From positions 1-58,050 of the forward strand of contig JBDGUI010000026.1 in NCBI GenBank assembly GCA_042216015.1: a DNA stretch of 58,050 nt. Direction: 5' to 3'. Below, one piece after another: positions 10,116-19,689 of this stretch. The translations under genes were made by a program, and so were the position numbers. The stretch's first letter is position 1. The number at the start of each line of letters is the position of its first letter. A model generated the notes under the pieces. That model did not search any database, had not been told where the DNA came from, and saw only the letters and a program-made list of their open reading frames with translations. Source of the DNA: Halodesulfurarchaeum sp. (GTDB lineage Archaea > Halobacteriota > Halobacteria > Halobacteriales > Halobacteriaceae).

Positions 10116-10331
10116 TCATGCGGGCTGGGGCGTGTAGCCCTGGTTCTCGATGGTCTGTGCGAACGTGTCGGGCTCTGCAACACTGTCGTCGTAGTCGATT
10201 TCCACCCGACCGGTCGTATAGTGCACCTCGACGGCTTCGACACCCTCGACGTTCGAGAGGGCCCGTTCGACGGTGCTCGCACAGCTCGGACAGTCGAAGT
10301 CCAGGACACGGAGTTGGGTCGTTTCGCTCAT
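10116..10331 (-). CDS. Heavy-metal-associated (HMA/CopZ-like) protein
   Basis: 71 aa with DFDCPSC motif and C-terminal IENQGY. Confidence 0.9.
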   Translation of the reverse strand: MSETTQLRVLDFDCPSCASTVERALSNVEGVEAVEVHYTTGRVEIDYDDSVAEPDTFAQTIENQGYTPQPA

Positions 10332-10361
10332 TGCATTTCCACATAATGGGCGTCTTCCAAT

Positions 10362-10429
10362 AAGTATTTGCCAAATGATATGTTTGAACACCGATATGGG
10401 GTGTTTGAACGGACAAACAGGCCGTCTAG
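10362..10429 (-). promoter_or_regulatory. Promoter/operator copy 1, upstream of the HMA-ATPase operon
   Basis: Ungapped 51/68 identity with 13094-13161; contains imperfect palindromes CAAAT-N5-GTTTG (10372-10386) and CAAAC-N5-GTCTA (10414-10428). Confidence 0.75.
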
Positions 10430-10549
10430 AACGTTCCGGTCCTCGAATCGAGGTTGGCAGTCAACAGGTGACCACCGTGGGTTCGACGGAGCCTGCTGGT
10501 GGTTCGACCACAGACCCGATCGGGGCGATCTCGGGAGTGGTGATTCGGT

Positions 10550-12847
10550 TCAATCGTCCGACGGAACGATCCTTCCACTCACCGCATCGGTATCACTTGC
10601 AGGACTCCGGCTCGCGAGGACGGCCCGCCCCATCGCCACGAGATACAGGATCGCTCCTGCGATCAGGAGGATGTCCCCCGGCATCCGGGCCCACATGAGC
10701 TGTTGGACGAGCGGTCGATTATAGAAGGCAATCGACCGGGCCACGTCGTACCCGGCCGTGTAAACCGTTTCCAACTGCAGGAAGCCGATGGGAATGACCG
10801 AGAGGAGGAGCATCAGCGAGAGACCGATATTCATCGCCCAGAAGCCCTGCCGGAAGCGGGTCTCCGGGAACGCGGTCTGGGAGGTGGTGTACCGCAGGAC
10901 GAAGGTTCCGAGACCGAGAGCTAACATGCCGAAAGACCCGAAGAACGCGGCATGTGCGTGGGCCACGGTGAGGTAGGTTCCATGCTCGAAGTACCCGACG
11001 ACGGGGAAGTTGATCATGGTTCCGAGAATGCCCGCGCCGAGGAAGTTCCAGACGCCGCTTGCGATGACGAAGAGGAGCGGAACGCTGTAGGCGAAGTCGC
11101 TTTTCAACTCACCGAGGGTCCGGTACTGTGCGATGGCATCGTAGAGGATGATCAGAAGCGGGACGAGTTCCAACGTCGACCAGACACTGGAGATCGGCAT
11201 CCAGGCCTCGGGCATCCCGATCCACCAGTAGTGGTGGGCAATCCCGACGATGCCGGTCCCCATGACGAGGGCGGCCTCGAGGAGGATGGCCTTCTCCGCG
11301 ACACGCCTGCGGAGGAGTCCAATCGAAAGCAGGATGCCGGCGATTGCGGCCACGATGAAGAATTCGAAGACCCCCTCGACCCACATGTGGACGACCCACC
11401 AGCGCCAGAACTGGGTGACGACCCAGTTGCTCGCCGGGGTGAAGAGGAAGCCCGCGAGGAACAGGCCCGGGATCGAGACGCTCGCGTACAACAACATGTG
11501 CCCGATGCCGTACCGCTGTTCACCTTCGAGGACCGGCCGAATTGCGCGATACATGAGGCCGACCCAGAGCAGGAAACCGACGAGCACGCCGACCTGCCAG
11601 AGCCGTCCCATCTCGAGGTACTCGAGCCCCTCGTTTCCGAGAATCCACCAGAGATCGCCCCCGAAGAGGTCGAGAGTCCCGGCCCAGATCCCAAGGAGTG
11701 CGCCGACACCGACCACCGTCACCGCCCCGAGGAGGAGATTCGTGAGCGACTTTTGCCAGCGAGGCTCGTATCCGGAAAGCAGCGACGCCAGGAACAGGCC
11801 GCCACCCATCCAGAGGACCGCGACCCAGACGATGGCCAACTCGACGTGCCAGGCCTTCAGGACCTGAAACGGAAGAAGGGCGATGAGGTTGACCCCGAGG
11901 AGTTCACCGAGCCCGTAGAAGCCTCCCCGTTCGATATAGTAGTGGGCCATGAATCCCCCAAGGAGCGTCTGCAGGACGAAGAGAACAGCAGCGAGTAGCA
12001 TGAACCGGGCGGAGGCGATCTGTGAGGGGAGGAGCGAAATATCCTCGGGGGACGGAATATCCACGCCCTCGTGTTCCGGTTCCGGGAGTTCGACGGAGAA
12101 GAACAGCGCCACGGCGGCGCCCACCCCAACCACCAGGAATAGCAGCGCGAAGACACTCCAGATCATCGCCGCATCCGGGAGTTGGTTGCCAGTCCCGGGG
12201 ACGGGCGGCCAGTCGTTCGTGTAGCTCATGTCGGAGCCGGGTCTCTCAGTGTGGGCAATCCAGGCGGTCCAGAGGGCGAAATCGGCGAGCCGCCGGGCGT
12301 CAGCGGCGGACTCGACGGTTCCAGCGGCGATTCCCCGGTCCAGATCGCCCTCGTAGAATTTCTCGACGTACGCCTCACGCACCTGCTCGTGGGCGTAGAC
12401 TTCGGCAGCCGAATACCGGATTACGCTCTCATCGGACCCCGGACTCGATTGCAGATCCGCCTTGACCGTCGCGTCGATCACCGTGACCTGTGCTGGGGCG
12501 AGGTTCGAATAGGCCGTGTCATATCGCTGTTGGGCGTAGTACTGCCCCATGAAGTCCCGCTTCAGGGCGAGTGCATCCGCGGTGAAGTCCTCCCCATAGT
12601 AGGACCCCTCTCCAAGCACCGACCCGAAGTCCATCAACCCGTTCGACTGGAGGGTGACCTTCCCGGCCTGGATCTGCTCGCCCGTGGCGATGGTTTGTCC
12701 CTCCGGTCCGACGACGTCCTCGGGTATCGCTGGGGCCGATTCGTAGGTGTACCACGCCCCGAGCCCCATCACGACGAGATTGAGGACGAAGATCCCCGCG
12801 AGGATCTTTGCTATCGTCCCCCGATCGATCGTTTTCGAATCCATCAT
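10550..12847 (-). CDS. norB: Quinol-dependent nitric oxide reductase (qNor, NorZ type)
   Basis: N-terminal GSVLGEGSYYGEDFTADAL and YTNDWP; GLEYLEMG; RWWVVHMWVEGVFE; GIAHHYWW; AHAHAAFFG; WARMPGD. Confidence 0.93.
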   Translation of the reverse strand: MMDSKTIDRGTIAKILAGIFVLNLVVMGLGAWYTYESAPAIPEDVVGPEGQTIATGEQIQAGKVTLQSNGLMDFGSVLGEGSYYGEDFTADALALKRDFMGQYYAQQRYDTAYSNLAPAQVTVIDATVKADLQSSPGSDESVIRYSAAEVYAHEQVREAYVEKFYEGDLDRGIAAGTVESAADARRLADFALWTAWIAHTERPGSDMSYTNDWPPVPGTGNQLPDAAMIWSVFALLFLVVGVGAAVALFFSVELPEPEHEGVDIPSPEDISLLPSQIASARFMLLAAVLFVLQTLLGGFMAHYYIERGGFYGLGELLGVNLIALLPFQVLKAWHVELAIVWVAVLWMGGGLFLASLLSGYEPRWQKSLTNLLLGAVTVVGVGALLGIWAGTLDLFGGDLWWILGNEGLEYLEMGRLWQVGVLVGFLLWVGLMYRAIRPVLEGEQRYGIGHMLLYASVSIPGLFLAGFLFTPASNWVVTQFWRWWVVHMWVEGVFEFFIVAAIAGILLSIGLLRRRVAEKAILLEAALVMGTGIVGIAHHYWWIGMPEAWMPISSVWSTLELVPLLIILYDAIAQYRTLGELKSDFAYSVPLLFVIASGVWNFLGAGILGTMINFPVVGYFEHGTYLTVAHAHAAFFGSFGMLALGLGTFVLRYTTSQTAFPETRFRQGFWAMNIGLSLMLLLSVIPIGFLQLETVYTAGYDVARSIAFYNRPLVQQLMWARMPGDILLIAGAILYLVAMGRAVLASRSPASDTDAVSGRIVPSDD

Positions 12848-12856
12848 TCCACCTTC

Positions 12857-13063
12857 TCAGGCCCGCTTGGGCATGTTTGTCCCATTCTCGACGGGCTGTA
12901 CACCCCTTTCGACCGTGGCCACGCAGTTTCCTCTCCCGATTCCGATTCGACGGGTCGAATCATTCGGGACATCCTCGTCCATCGACTCTGTCGATGGACC
13001 GTTCGAAGGTTCACCGCTCGAACGGTCGAAATCGCCGAGTTGCAACGTGTCGGTGTCACTCAT
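12857..13063 (-). pseudogene. Degenerate, frameshifted copy of the HMA gene
   Basis: MSDTDTLQLGDFDRSSG aligns with MSETTQLRVLDFDCPSC; both Cys codons altered (TGT to CGT and TGT to GGT); ~4-nt deletion follows; STRRIGI resembles TTGRVEI; same spacing to the duplicated promoter. Confidence 0.7.
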
Positions 13064-13093
13064 CGCAGTTCGGCGTAGTTCCCAGACTCGCCA

Positions 13094-13161
13094 AAGTATT
13101 TTTTAGACGACATGTTTGAACGGTAAAACGGGGCGTTTGAGCGGACAAACGAGTCGTCTAG
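13094..13161 (-). promoter_or_regulatory. Promoter/operator copy 2, between the HMA remnant/qNor and the divergent ArsR gene
   Basis: Paralog of 10362-10429; TAGAC-N5-GTTTG (13104-13118) and CAAAC-N5-GTCTA (13146-13160). Confidence 0.75.
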
Positions 13162-13243
13162 GGCTTGGGGAGACAACCCCGATGGCGGAAGCGAGCGGAC
13201 GACAGTCGTCACAACTTAACCCGTTCGTGCCGTCGGTGCGGAC

Positions 13244-13777
13244 ATGAGCACGCCCGAAACCGGTCATACACTCGAGGACATCGCCGTTCGTGACACGCGG
13301 GTGTCTGATGCCATCGACGAACCGATGCGGACGATGATCCTCGACATCCTCGCCGAGGAGACACTGACCGCACGCGAGGTCCATGGTCGCCTCGCCGACA
13401 GGGGCATCGACCGGACGGAGAACACGGTTCGCCACCACATCAACGAACTCCGGGACGCCGGACTCGTCGACGTCGTCCGGTTCGAGGAGGGGCGAGGCGG
13501 GACGAAAAAGTACTACGGGGCCAATACGACCATCCTCTCGTATTCGATACCGGAATCGGCCGATCCCGCCCTCGAGGGGATGATCGAGGCGGTCCAGCCA
13601 GTAATCGAGGAAGCCCTCAGGACGTTGACCGACGAGTACGACGACGAGTTGGCCGACATCACCCAGGAGATGCAACCCTGTGAGCACTGTCGAAACCAGA
13701 AATACGAGACGTACGTCCTGTTGACCGTCCTTCGGCGGGCGTTCGTCCGGGCGCATCAGAACGAACAATCCGCCTAG
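13244..13777 (+). CDS. ArsR-family transcriptional regulator with C-terminal CxxC
   Basis: ENTVRHHINELRDAGLV HTH, GGTKKYY wing, QPCEHC. Confidence 0.85.
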   Translation: MSTPETGHTLEDIAVRDTRVSDAIDEPMRTMILDILAEETLTAREVHGRLADRGIDRTENTVRHHINELRDAGLVDVVRFEEGRGGTKKYYGANTTILSYSIPESADPALEGMIEAVQPVIEEALRTLTDEYDDELADITQEMQPCEHCRNQKYETYVLLTVLRRAFVRAHQNEQSA

Positions 13778-14046
13778 GGCGAAAACACGCGAAGCGGTCC
13801 GGTCTCGAGCCCAGATCGGGGCCTCCTTATTCGTGTCCAGCACGAAGCAGGTGACCGAGGTCATCGACGTTTCCGAATGCTCACTCAATTTATCCCAGAC
13901 CGTCCTGATCATACCTTTAGAAACCTTCCCGGGGTCCCCTCGCCTACCAGTTGTTCACTTCACCCGGCGAGTTGCCGCTGAAAGTACCGACCACTCGTGT
14001 GGGCTTCCCATCGCAACTGGATTGGATCACTCGATCGGGCGAGAAC

Positions 14047-14820
14047 TCACGAGTCGCCGCCCTCTTTCGGCTCGCCAGCCAGCGTGAAATCCCCCGAATT
14101 GTCCTGTGGCTCGTACCCCAGCACCTTCCGTGCCCGATCCAGCGAGTAAAACCTCCGGTCGTTATCGGAGATGCCGTAGACGATCTCGTAGTCGTACTCG
14201 GCCTGGATGGCCCGGTCGATCAGGTGGCCACAGTCCCGGTGGGAGAGCCACATCGCCTGCCCGCGCTCGTAGTTCCGCGGCGGGTGGTCCCTCGTCAGGT
14301 TGCCGATTCGGATGTTCAGGACGCTGATTCCGTGCTCGTCGTGGTAGTACCGGCCGAGGATCTCGCCGGCGGCCTTGCTCACGCCGTAGAGGTTGCCCGG
14401 ACGGGGCAGTTCGGTACCATCGAGGCGGAACTCGTCCTCGGCCCGGTAGATCTCGGGCTCCCGGTCGGTCTCGTAGTGCCCGACGGCGTGGTTCGAAGAG
14501 GCGAAGACGACCTTCTCGACCCCCTTCTCGACCGCCACCTCGTAGACGGTCCGGGTGCCGTCGATGTTGTTCCGGAGCACGCTCTCCCAGGGGGCGTCGG
14601 TGCGGGGGTCCCCGGCGAGATGCACGACGACCCCGACCCCGTCCATCGCCTCCTCGAGGGTCTCGCGGTCGGTGATGTCGCCGACGTAGAGCGGGTGGGA
14701 GACCGGTTCGGCGGGCGGTTCGCGATCGAGAAGACGGAAGTCGTACCGATCGCCGATTCCCTCCCTGATGGCGGTTCCGACCCGTCCAGAGGCCCCGGTT
14801 AGTAACACCGGATCGTCCAT
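14047..14820 (-). CDS. azf: NAD-dependent epimerase/SDR, Azf-type glucose-6-phosphate dehydrogenase
   Basis: MDDPVLLTGASGRVG, HLAGDPR, FASSNHAVG, YGVSK, NIRIGN; adjacent to mptD. Confidence 0.8.
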   Translation of the reverse strand: MDDPVLLTGASGRVGTAIREGIGDRYDFRLLDREPPAEPVSHPLYVGDITDRETLEEAMDGVGVVVHLAGDPRTDAPWESVLRNNIDGTRTVYEVAVEKGVEKVVFASSNHAVGHYETDREPEIYRAEDEFRLDGTELPRPGNLYGVSKAAGEILGRYYHDEHGISVLNIRIGNLTRDHPPRNYERGQAMWLSHRDCGHLIDRAIQAEYDYEIVYGISDNDRRFYSLDRARKVLGYEPQDNSGDFTLAGEPKEGGDS

Positions 14821-14904
14821 TCGAGTGGTGAGTGGACGAGCGGGAATAAGTAGGATGTGGTTCGAACCCGAACGGCTTTGGCCCCGACCGCACTGGTCTG
14901 TAGC

Positions 14905-15240
14905 ATGCCCACAGCCGGGGAACAGGCGAGTTTCGAACTCGGGATCAAGTTCGGCTCGCTCTTCCACCAGTTCGTCGGGACGCCGGTTAGCGAGGAGAGT
15001 GCGGCGAGTCTCGAGGCCGCAATCGAGGCGGCGATCGAGAACCAGCCCCACTGCGAGTCGGTCGCGGTGACGATCGATCGCGATTCCGTGGCCAGGGACG
15101 TCGGACCGTACGGCTACACCGGACTCGCGGGCAGGCACGTGGACGTCGAGGTCGTCGTGTCGATGGACGACACGCGAGCTCGCGGCTCGATGGCGATGGT
15201 CGAGGGCTACCCGCTGATGACCCTCGATTCGGTCGAATGA
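14905..15240 (+). CDS. mptD: Archaeal dihydroneopterin aldolase
   Basis: FELGIKFGSLFHQFVGTPVS, IENQP, C-terminal YPLM. Confidence 0.85.
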   Translation: MPTAGEQASFELGIKFGSLFHQFVGTPVSEESAASLEAAIEAAIENQPHCESVAVTIDRDSVARDVGPYGYTGLAGRHVDVEVVVSMDDTRARGSMAMVEGYPLMTLDSVE

Positions 15241-15514
15241 GGGCCGTCCCGTCACGATCGCCGCCGAACGGACGCGCCGATCTCCGATAGCCCCGCTTGC
15301 TCCGTCGTGTAAAACCCGCTCCACTGCCGCGGCTCGGTCTCGGAGGCACGCAGACCGATCAAATTCGACGCTCTCCCGTGCAGTACGACGAGTGAGTGGT
15401 CCCTCGAGGGTTCTTCCTGAACGATCCGCTACAGACTCTTCGGTTGGGAGACTGACGGCATGGCTCGACTTTCTTTGCCCTCCACGTTGCCGTGGGCCGA
15501 CCCAGCGATGAGGA

Positions 15515-16249
15515 CTACCGATGTGGCGGCTGTTTTACCGGGCGCTCGGCGATGGCCTCGAGGAGGGCGTCGAGCGCCGTGACGGCCCCCTCGAGGAGGC
15601 GTTCACCCTCCTCTGCCGTCGCCTCCGTCGGGTCCCCGACCGTTCCATTCTCGGTGAATTCGGCCGCATCGTGGGCCAGATTCAGGCCGGCCACCCATTC
15701 CCCCCAGCGGTCCATGCCGCCGTCACGCGCCGCCTCGAATCGGTCCTCGTGCACCAGTTCGGGCCGCGTGTGGAGCAGGAAGGAGGTCTCGACCGGCCCG
15801 GCGTGGCCCATCTCGAAGCTGGCCTCGACGGCATCGAACCAGGTGAACGGGACGACGACCGCGTCGTGGTGTCGCGCGAGGTTCGCGGCCACTTCACCGA
15901 GTGCCGGCACGTTCCCCCCGTGGCCGTTGACGAGGACGATCCGGTTCCAGCCGTGATGGAGGAGCGACTCGGCGACCTCCCGGACGTAGGAACGGAAGGT
16001 GTTCGGGGAGACCCAGAGCGTCCCGGTGAACTGGCGATGCTCCTCGGAGATCCCGACCGGAACCGACGGGGCGACCACGACCTCGGTTTCAGTCCGTTCG
16101 GCGGTCTCGCGTGCGACCATCTCCGCGGCCAGGTAGTCCGTTCCGAGCGGGTCGTGGGGACCGTGTTGCTCGGTGCTGCCGACGGGCAGGAGGGCCAGGT
16201 CGGTCCCGGCCGCGTCGGCGTCGGTCCAGGTACTCGCGTGCAGGTCCAT
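15515..16249 (-). CDS. Creatininase-family amidohydrolase
   Basis: PVGSTEQHGPH...GTD, GISEEH, NGHGGN, GHAGPVETS. Confidence 0.88.
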   Translation of the reverse strand: MDLHASTWTDADAAGTDLALLPVGSTEQHGPHDPLGTDYLAAEMVARETAERTETEVVVAPSVPVGISEEHRQFTGTLWVSPNTFRSYVREVAESLLHHGWNRIVLVNGHGGNVPALGEVAANLARHHDAVVVPFTWFDAVEASFEMGHAGPVETSFLLHTRPELVHEDRFEAARDGGMDRWGEWVAGLNLAHDAAEFTENGTVGDPTEATAEEGERLLEGAVTALDALLEAIAERPVKQPPHR

Positions 16250-16419
16250 GTGGAATCCCCGGGTGGGGAGACCAAAAAACACCCCGTTCGCGGGGCTCCG
16301 GGAATCAGCGGGTGCCGAGCGCGTCTGGGAGGGAGGGGCCCGGAGTTGGCCCGTCTCGGCAGATCGTCGACCCGTCCAGACGGATCGTCGGCCCGTTCGG
16401 CCGGATCGCCGACCTTCGG

Positions 16420-18354
16420 TCAGTCTCCCGAATCGAGTTCGCCCTCGATCAACCGCTCGCGGGCCCGCTCGACGAACGCCTCGGGGAGGTCCTCGATCTC
16501 TCCGGCCTGGACGCCCCAGAGGTTGGCGTAGAGCCCTCCCTCTTCCAGCAATTCCTCGTGAGTGCCCTGCTCGACGACCCGTCCTTCGTCCAGCACGACG
16601 ATGGTCTCGGCGTCTTTTACCGTCGAGAGGCGGTGAGCGATGGCGAAGGTGGTCCGATCAGCGGTGAGTTCGCGCAAACTCCGCTGGATGAGCATCTCCG
16701 TCTCCGTGTCGACGTCGGAGGTCGCCTCGTCGAGGATCAGAATCTCGGGATCCTCCAGGATCGCCCGGGCGATGGCGATTCGCTGGCGCTGTCCGCCCGA
16801 CAGTTTGACCCCGCGTTCGCCCACCTTGGTGTCGTATCCCTCGGGCAGGTTCTCGATGAACTCGTGGGCCCTGGCGGCCTTCGCCGCCTCGATGATCTCT
16901 TCGTCCGTGGCGTCCCTGGCGCCATAGCGGATGTTCTCCAGCACCGTCCCGTAGAAGAGGAACGTGTCCTGGCTGACGTACCCGATGTGCGAGCGGAGAC
17001 TGGACCGGGAGACCTCCCGGACGTCCTGTCCGTCGATTCGTATCGCCCCCTCGTCGACGTCGTACATTCGGAGCAGGAGCTTGAGTGCGGTCGATTTCCC
17101 GGCGCCCGTGGGCCCGACGAGCGCCAGGGTGTCGCCGCTTTCCGCCCGGAAGGAGAGGTCCTCGAGGATCCCCTCCTCCTCGTATCCGAAACTCACCGAG
17201 TCGAAGACGACCTCGCCGTCGGTCACCTCGAGATCAGGTGCGTCTGGATCCTCGGGGATCTGGCTCGGTTCGTCCATCAGGCCGAAGATCCGTTCGGCGG
17301 AGGCCCTGGCCCGCTGGTACATATTGATGATCTGGCCGAACTGCGCCATCGGCCAGATGAACTGCTGGGTCAGGAGGATGAACGTGACGAAACTCCCGAC
17401 CTCGAGCGTCCCGGTGAACGGACCAGGCGCGGCCCCGCGGAAGACCCACAGGCCGCCAACGGTGAACGTGGTGACGAAGCCGACCCCGGCCAAAAGCCGC
17501 AATCCGGGGAAGAAGGTGATCCGGGTCCGGATCGCGTCCCAGTTGGCGTCGTAGTACTCCATCGAGACGTCCTCGACTCTTTCTGACTCGTAGGCCTCCG
17601 TGTTCGAACTCTTGATCACCGAGATGCCCCCGAGATTGTTCTCCAGTCGGGAGTTGAGCGTGCCGACCGAGGAGCGAACGGCGGCGTATTTCGGCTGGAT
17701 CAGGCGGACGAAGAGGGAGGTGAAGCCCCCGATCAGGGGTACCGGAACGAGCGCGACGAGCGCGAGCTGCCAGTTGAGCGCGAACAGCACCCCGCCGATT
17801 CCAAGCACCATGACGGCCAGCCGGAGGGCTCCGTTCATTCCCTCGTTGAGGAATCGCTCGAGACGGTTGACGTCGTTCGAGAGGATCGACATCAGCTCGC
17901 CGGTCTGCTTGTCGGCGAAAAAGCGCATGTCCAGGCGCTGCATCTCGTCGTAGGTGTCGGTGCGCACGTCGTGCTGGATCTTCTGGGCGAAGGAGTTCCA
18001 TCCCCAGTTGCGGGCCCAGTGGAAGACCGCGGCGCCGGCGAAGCTGAAGGCGATCAGGCCGACAGTGAACCAGAACTTCCCCTCTGGCGTGGTGGGTAAC
18101 CAGGCCTCTGGGAACCACGAGATCGGCAACCTGGAATCGAAGGGGACGGTGTCCCGGAAGACCGAGTCGATGGCGATTCCCAGGAGAATCGGTGGGAGGA
18201 GGTCGAGCAACCGGGCGAAGACGCTCGTGAACAGACCCACGAGGAAGTAGGAAAGATATCCCCGGCCGTAGCCGACGAACAGCCGACCCATCGGGTTCGA
18301 GGCCTGCTCGCGGACGTCCTCGAACGGGTCGTCCTCCTCGGGGGCGTAGGCCAT
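16420..18354 (-). CDS. ABC exporter, fused permease/ATPase
   Basis: N-terminal transmembrane domain; GPTGAGKS, LSGGQRQR, LILDEATS, IAHRLST. Confidence 0.93.
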   Translation of the reverse strand: MAYAPEEDDPFEDVREQASNPMGRLFVGYGRGYLSYFLVGLFTSVFARLLDLLPPILLGIAIDSVFRDTVPFDSRLPISWFPEAWLPTTPEGKFWFTVGLIAFSFAGAAVFHWARNWGWNSFAQKIQHDVRTDTYDEMQRLDMRFFADKQTGELMSILSNDVNRLERFLNEGMNGALRLAVMVLGIGGVLFALNWQLALVALVPVPLIGGFTSLFVRLIQPKYAAVRSSVGTLNSRLENNLGGISVIKSSNTEAYESERVEDVSMEYYDANWDAIRTRITFFPGLRLLAGVGFVTTFTVGGLWVFRGAAPGPFTGTLEVGSFVTFILLTQQFIWPMAQFGQIINMYQRARASAERIFGLMDEPSQIPEDPDAPDLEVTDGEVVFDSVSFGYEEEGILEDLSFRAESGDTLALVGPTGAGKSTALKLLLRMYDVDEGAIRIDGQDVREVSRSSLRSHIGYVSQDTFLFYGTVLENIRYGARDATDEEIIEAAKAARAHEFIENLPEGYDTKVGERGVKLSGGQRQRIAIARAILEDPEILILDEATSDVDTETEMLIQRSLRELTADRTTFAIAHRLSTVKDAETIVVLDEGRVVEQGTHEELLEEGGLYANLWGVQAGEIEDLPEAFVERARERLIEGELDSGD

Positions 18355-18416
18355 ATCTCCATGTGGGGCGGTGTTCGTTCAAAAGGGTTGTCGAATCCCC
18401 ACGGTCGCGTGGGATT

Positions 18417-18902
18417 TCACCGGGGCAGGCCCCGGACCTCGTCCCCGACCGAGACGTTATGGGCCGCTGTGTACCCGCGATTCACCTCGATGACCCACCT
18501 GGCCCGGGCGGTGAAATGCCCCTCGGCGTCGGCGGCCGCGTGGTGAATCGCGGTGATCCTGCGGTCGGCCCCGACGAAGATGATGTCGAGTGGGAAGGAC
18601 ATGTTCCGCATGACGAAGGCTCGGGTGGCTTCATCCTCGTAGACGAAGATCATCCCCTCGTTCGGGCCGAGACTGTCCGTCTCGCTGAGTCCGGTGTACC
18701 GCTCGGATCTCGTGTCGGCGATGGGGCCGGATACCTGTCCCAGCTCGGTGCCGGAATCGTCGACGAAGGTGACCGTCGCGGTTTCCGCCCCGTGCGTCGC
18801 CTGCTCGCCCACGCGGACCTCCCCGCGTGGGCCGCCGCCGACGAGCGCGAAGGCCACGAGGAGCACGGCGAGGGCCAGTAGCCAGGGGTGACGTCGACTC
18901 AT
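18417..18902 (-). CDS. DUF192-family exported protein
   Basis: N-terminal hydrophobic segment; ADT..ER..GL, GMIFVY, MRNMSFPLDIIF, WVIEVN.G. Confidence 0.8.
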   Translation of the reverse strand: MSRRHPWLLALAVLLVAFALVGGGPRGEVRVGEQATHGAETATVTFVDDSGTELGQVSGPIADTRSERYTGLSETDSLGPNEGMIFVYEDEATRAFVMRNMSFPLDIIFVGADRRITAIHHAAADAEGHFTARARWVIEVNRGYTAAHNVSVGDEVRGLPR

Positions 18903-18954
18903 CGGACCCATCTTCGAAGGTGACCGTGAAAACCCATCCGTCCGGCCCACCCGC

Positions 18955-19689
18955 TCATTGCCGGAGGAGCAGGATCGATGCGCTGGAAACGACGCCGACC
19001 GCGACGACGTGCCCGAGGAGGGCAATCTGGATGAGCGGATGGCCTCCGAGAATCGGCACGAGCACCAGTTGCAGGCCGGCGAATCCGATCGTCATCGCAT
19101 CCAGTCTGGCATAGCGGCGGCGCGACGGCCTCGAGAGTTTGTCACCTACGACGAGCGAGCGCCAGAGCCCGGTGACACTCGCCCACCACCCGACCCCGAT
19201 CCGGTAGGCGACATCCCACCCCACGAGCAGCAGCACGAACGTGAATCCAGCCGGTGGGTGGGCCCCGAGAAGGTCGGCGACGAGTTCCGGGCCAGCGCCC
19301 TGCTGGTCGTACACGAACGCGTAGACGATCAACAGGGTAAAGGAGAGCAGTCCGAGGACGATTTCGATGCTCGAGCCGAAGAGCCGATCGATGTATTGGT
19401 CCGGTCCGTCCCCGTTTCTGAGGCCGCGGGAGAGCCGGAGCATGAAGACGCTGCCCGCGACGGCGACCAGGACCCCGGCTGTCCCTGCGAGTGCAGCCTC
19501 GGGGAGGTCGTGATACCAGCCCAACGCCAGCACTGCGGCTTCGAAGGCGAGAAACTGGACAGCCACGGCGACCCGGCGGGAAGTATTGACTCCGGGGACG
19601 CTGCGCACGATGCTCTCGTACACCCATTCTCGATCACCCGGGGGGCGTGGCTGACTCCTTTCGGTTCGATCCGGATCTGACTGGCTCAT
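18955..19689 (-). CDS. Haloarchaeal membrane protein of unknown function
   Basis: Multiple hydrophobic segments; start overlaps the stop of the upstream SDR gene. Confidence 0.7.
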   Translation of the reverse strand: MSQSDPDRTERSQPRPPGDREWVYESIVRSVPGVNTSRRVAVAVQFLAFEAAVLALGWYHDLPEAALAGTAGVLVAVAGSVFMLRLSRGLRNGDGPDQYIDRLFGSSIEIVLGLLSFTLLIVYAFVYDQQGAGPELVADLLGAHPPAGFTFVLLLVGWDVAYRIGVGWWASVTGLWRSLVVGDKLSRPSRRRYARLDAMTIGFAGLQLVLVPILGGHPLIQIALLGHVVAVGVVSSASILLLRQ

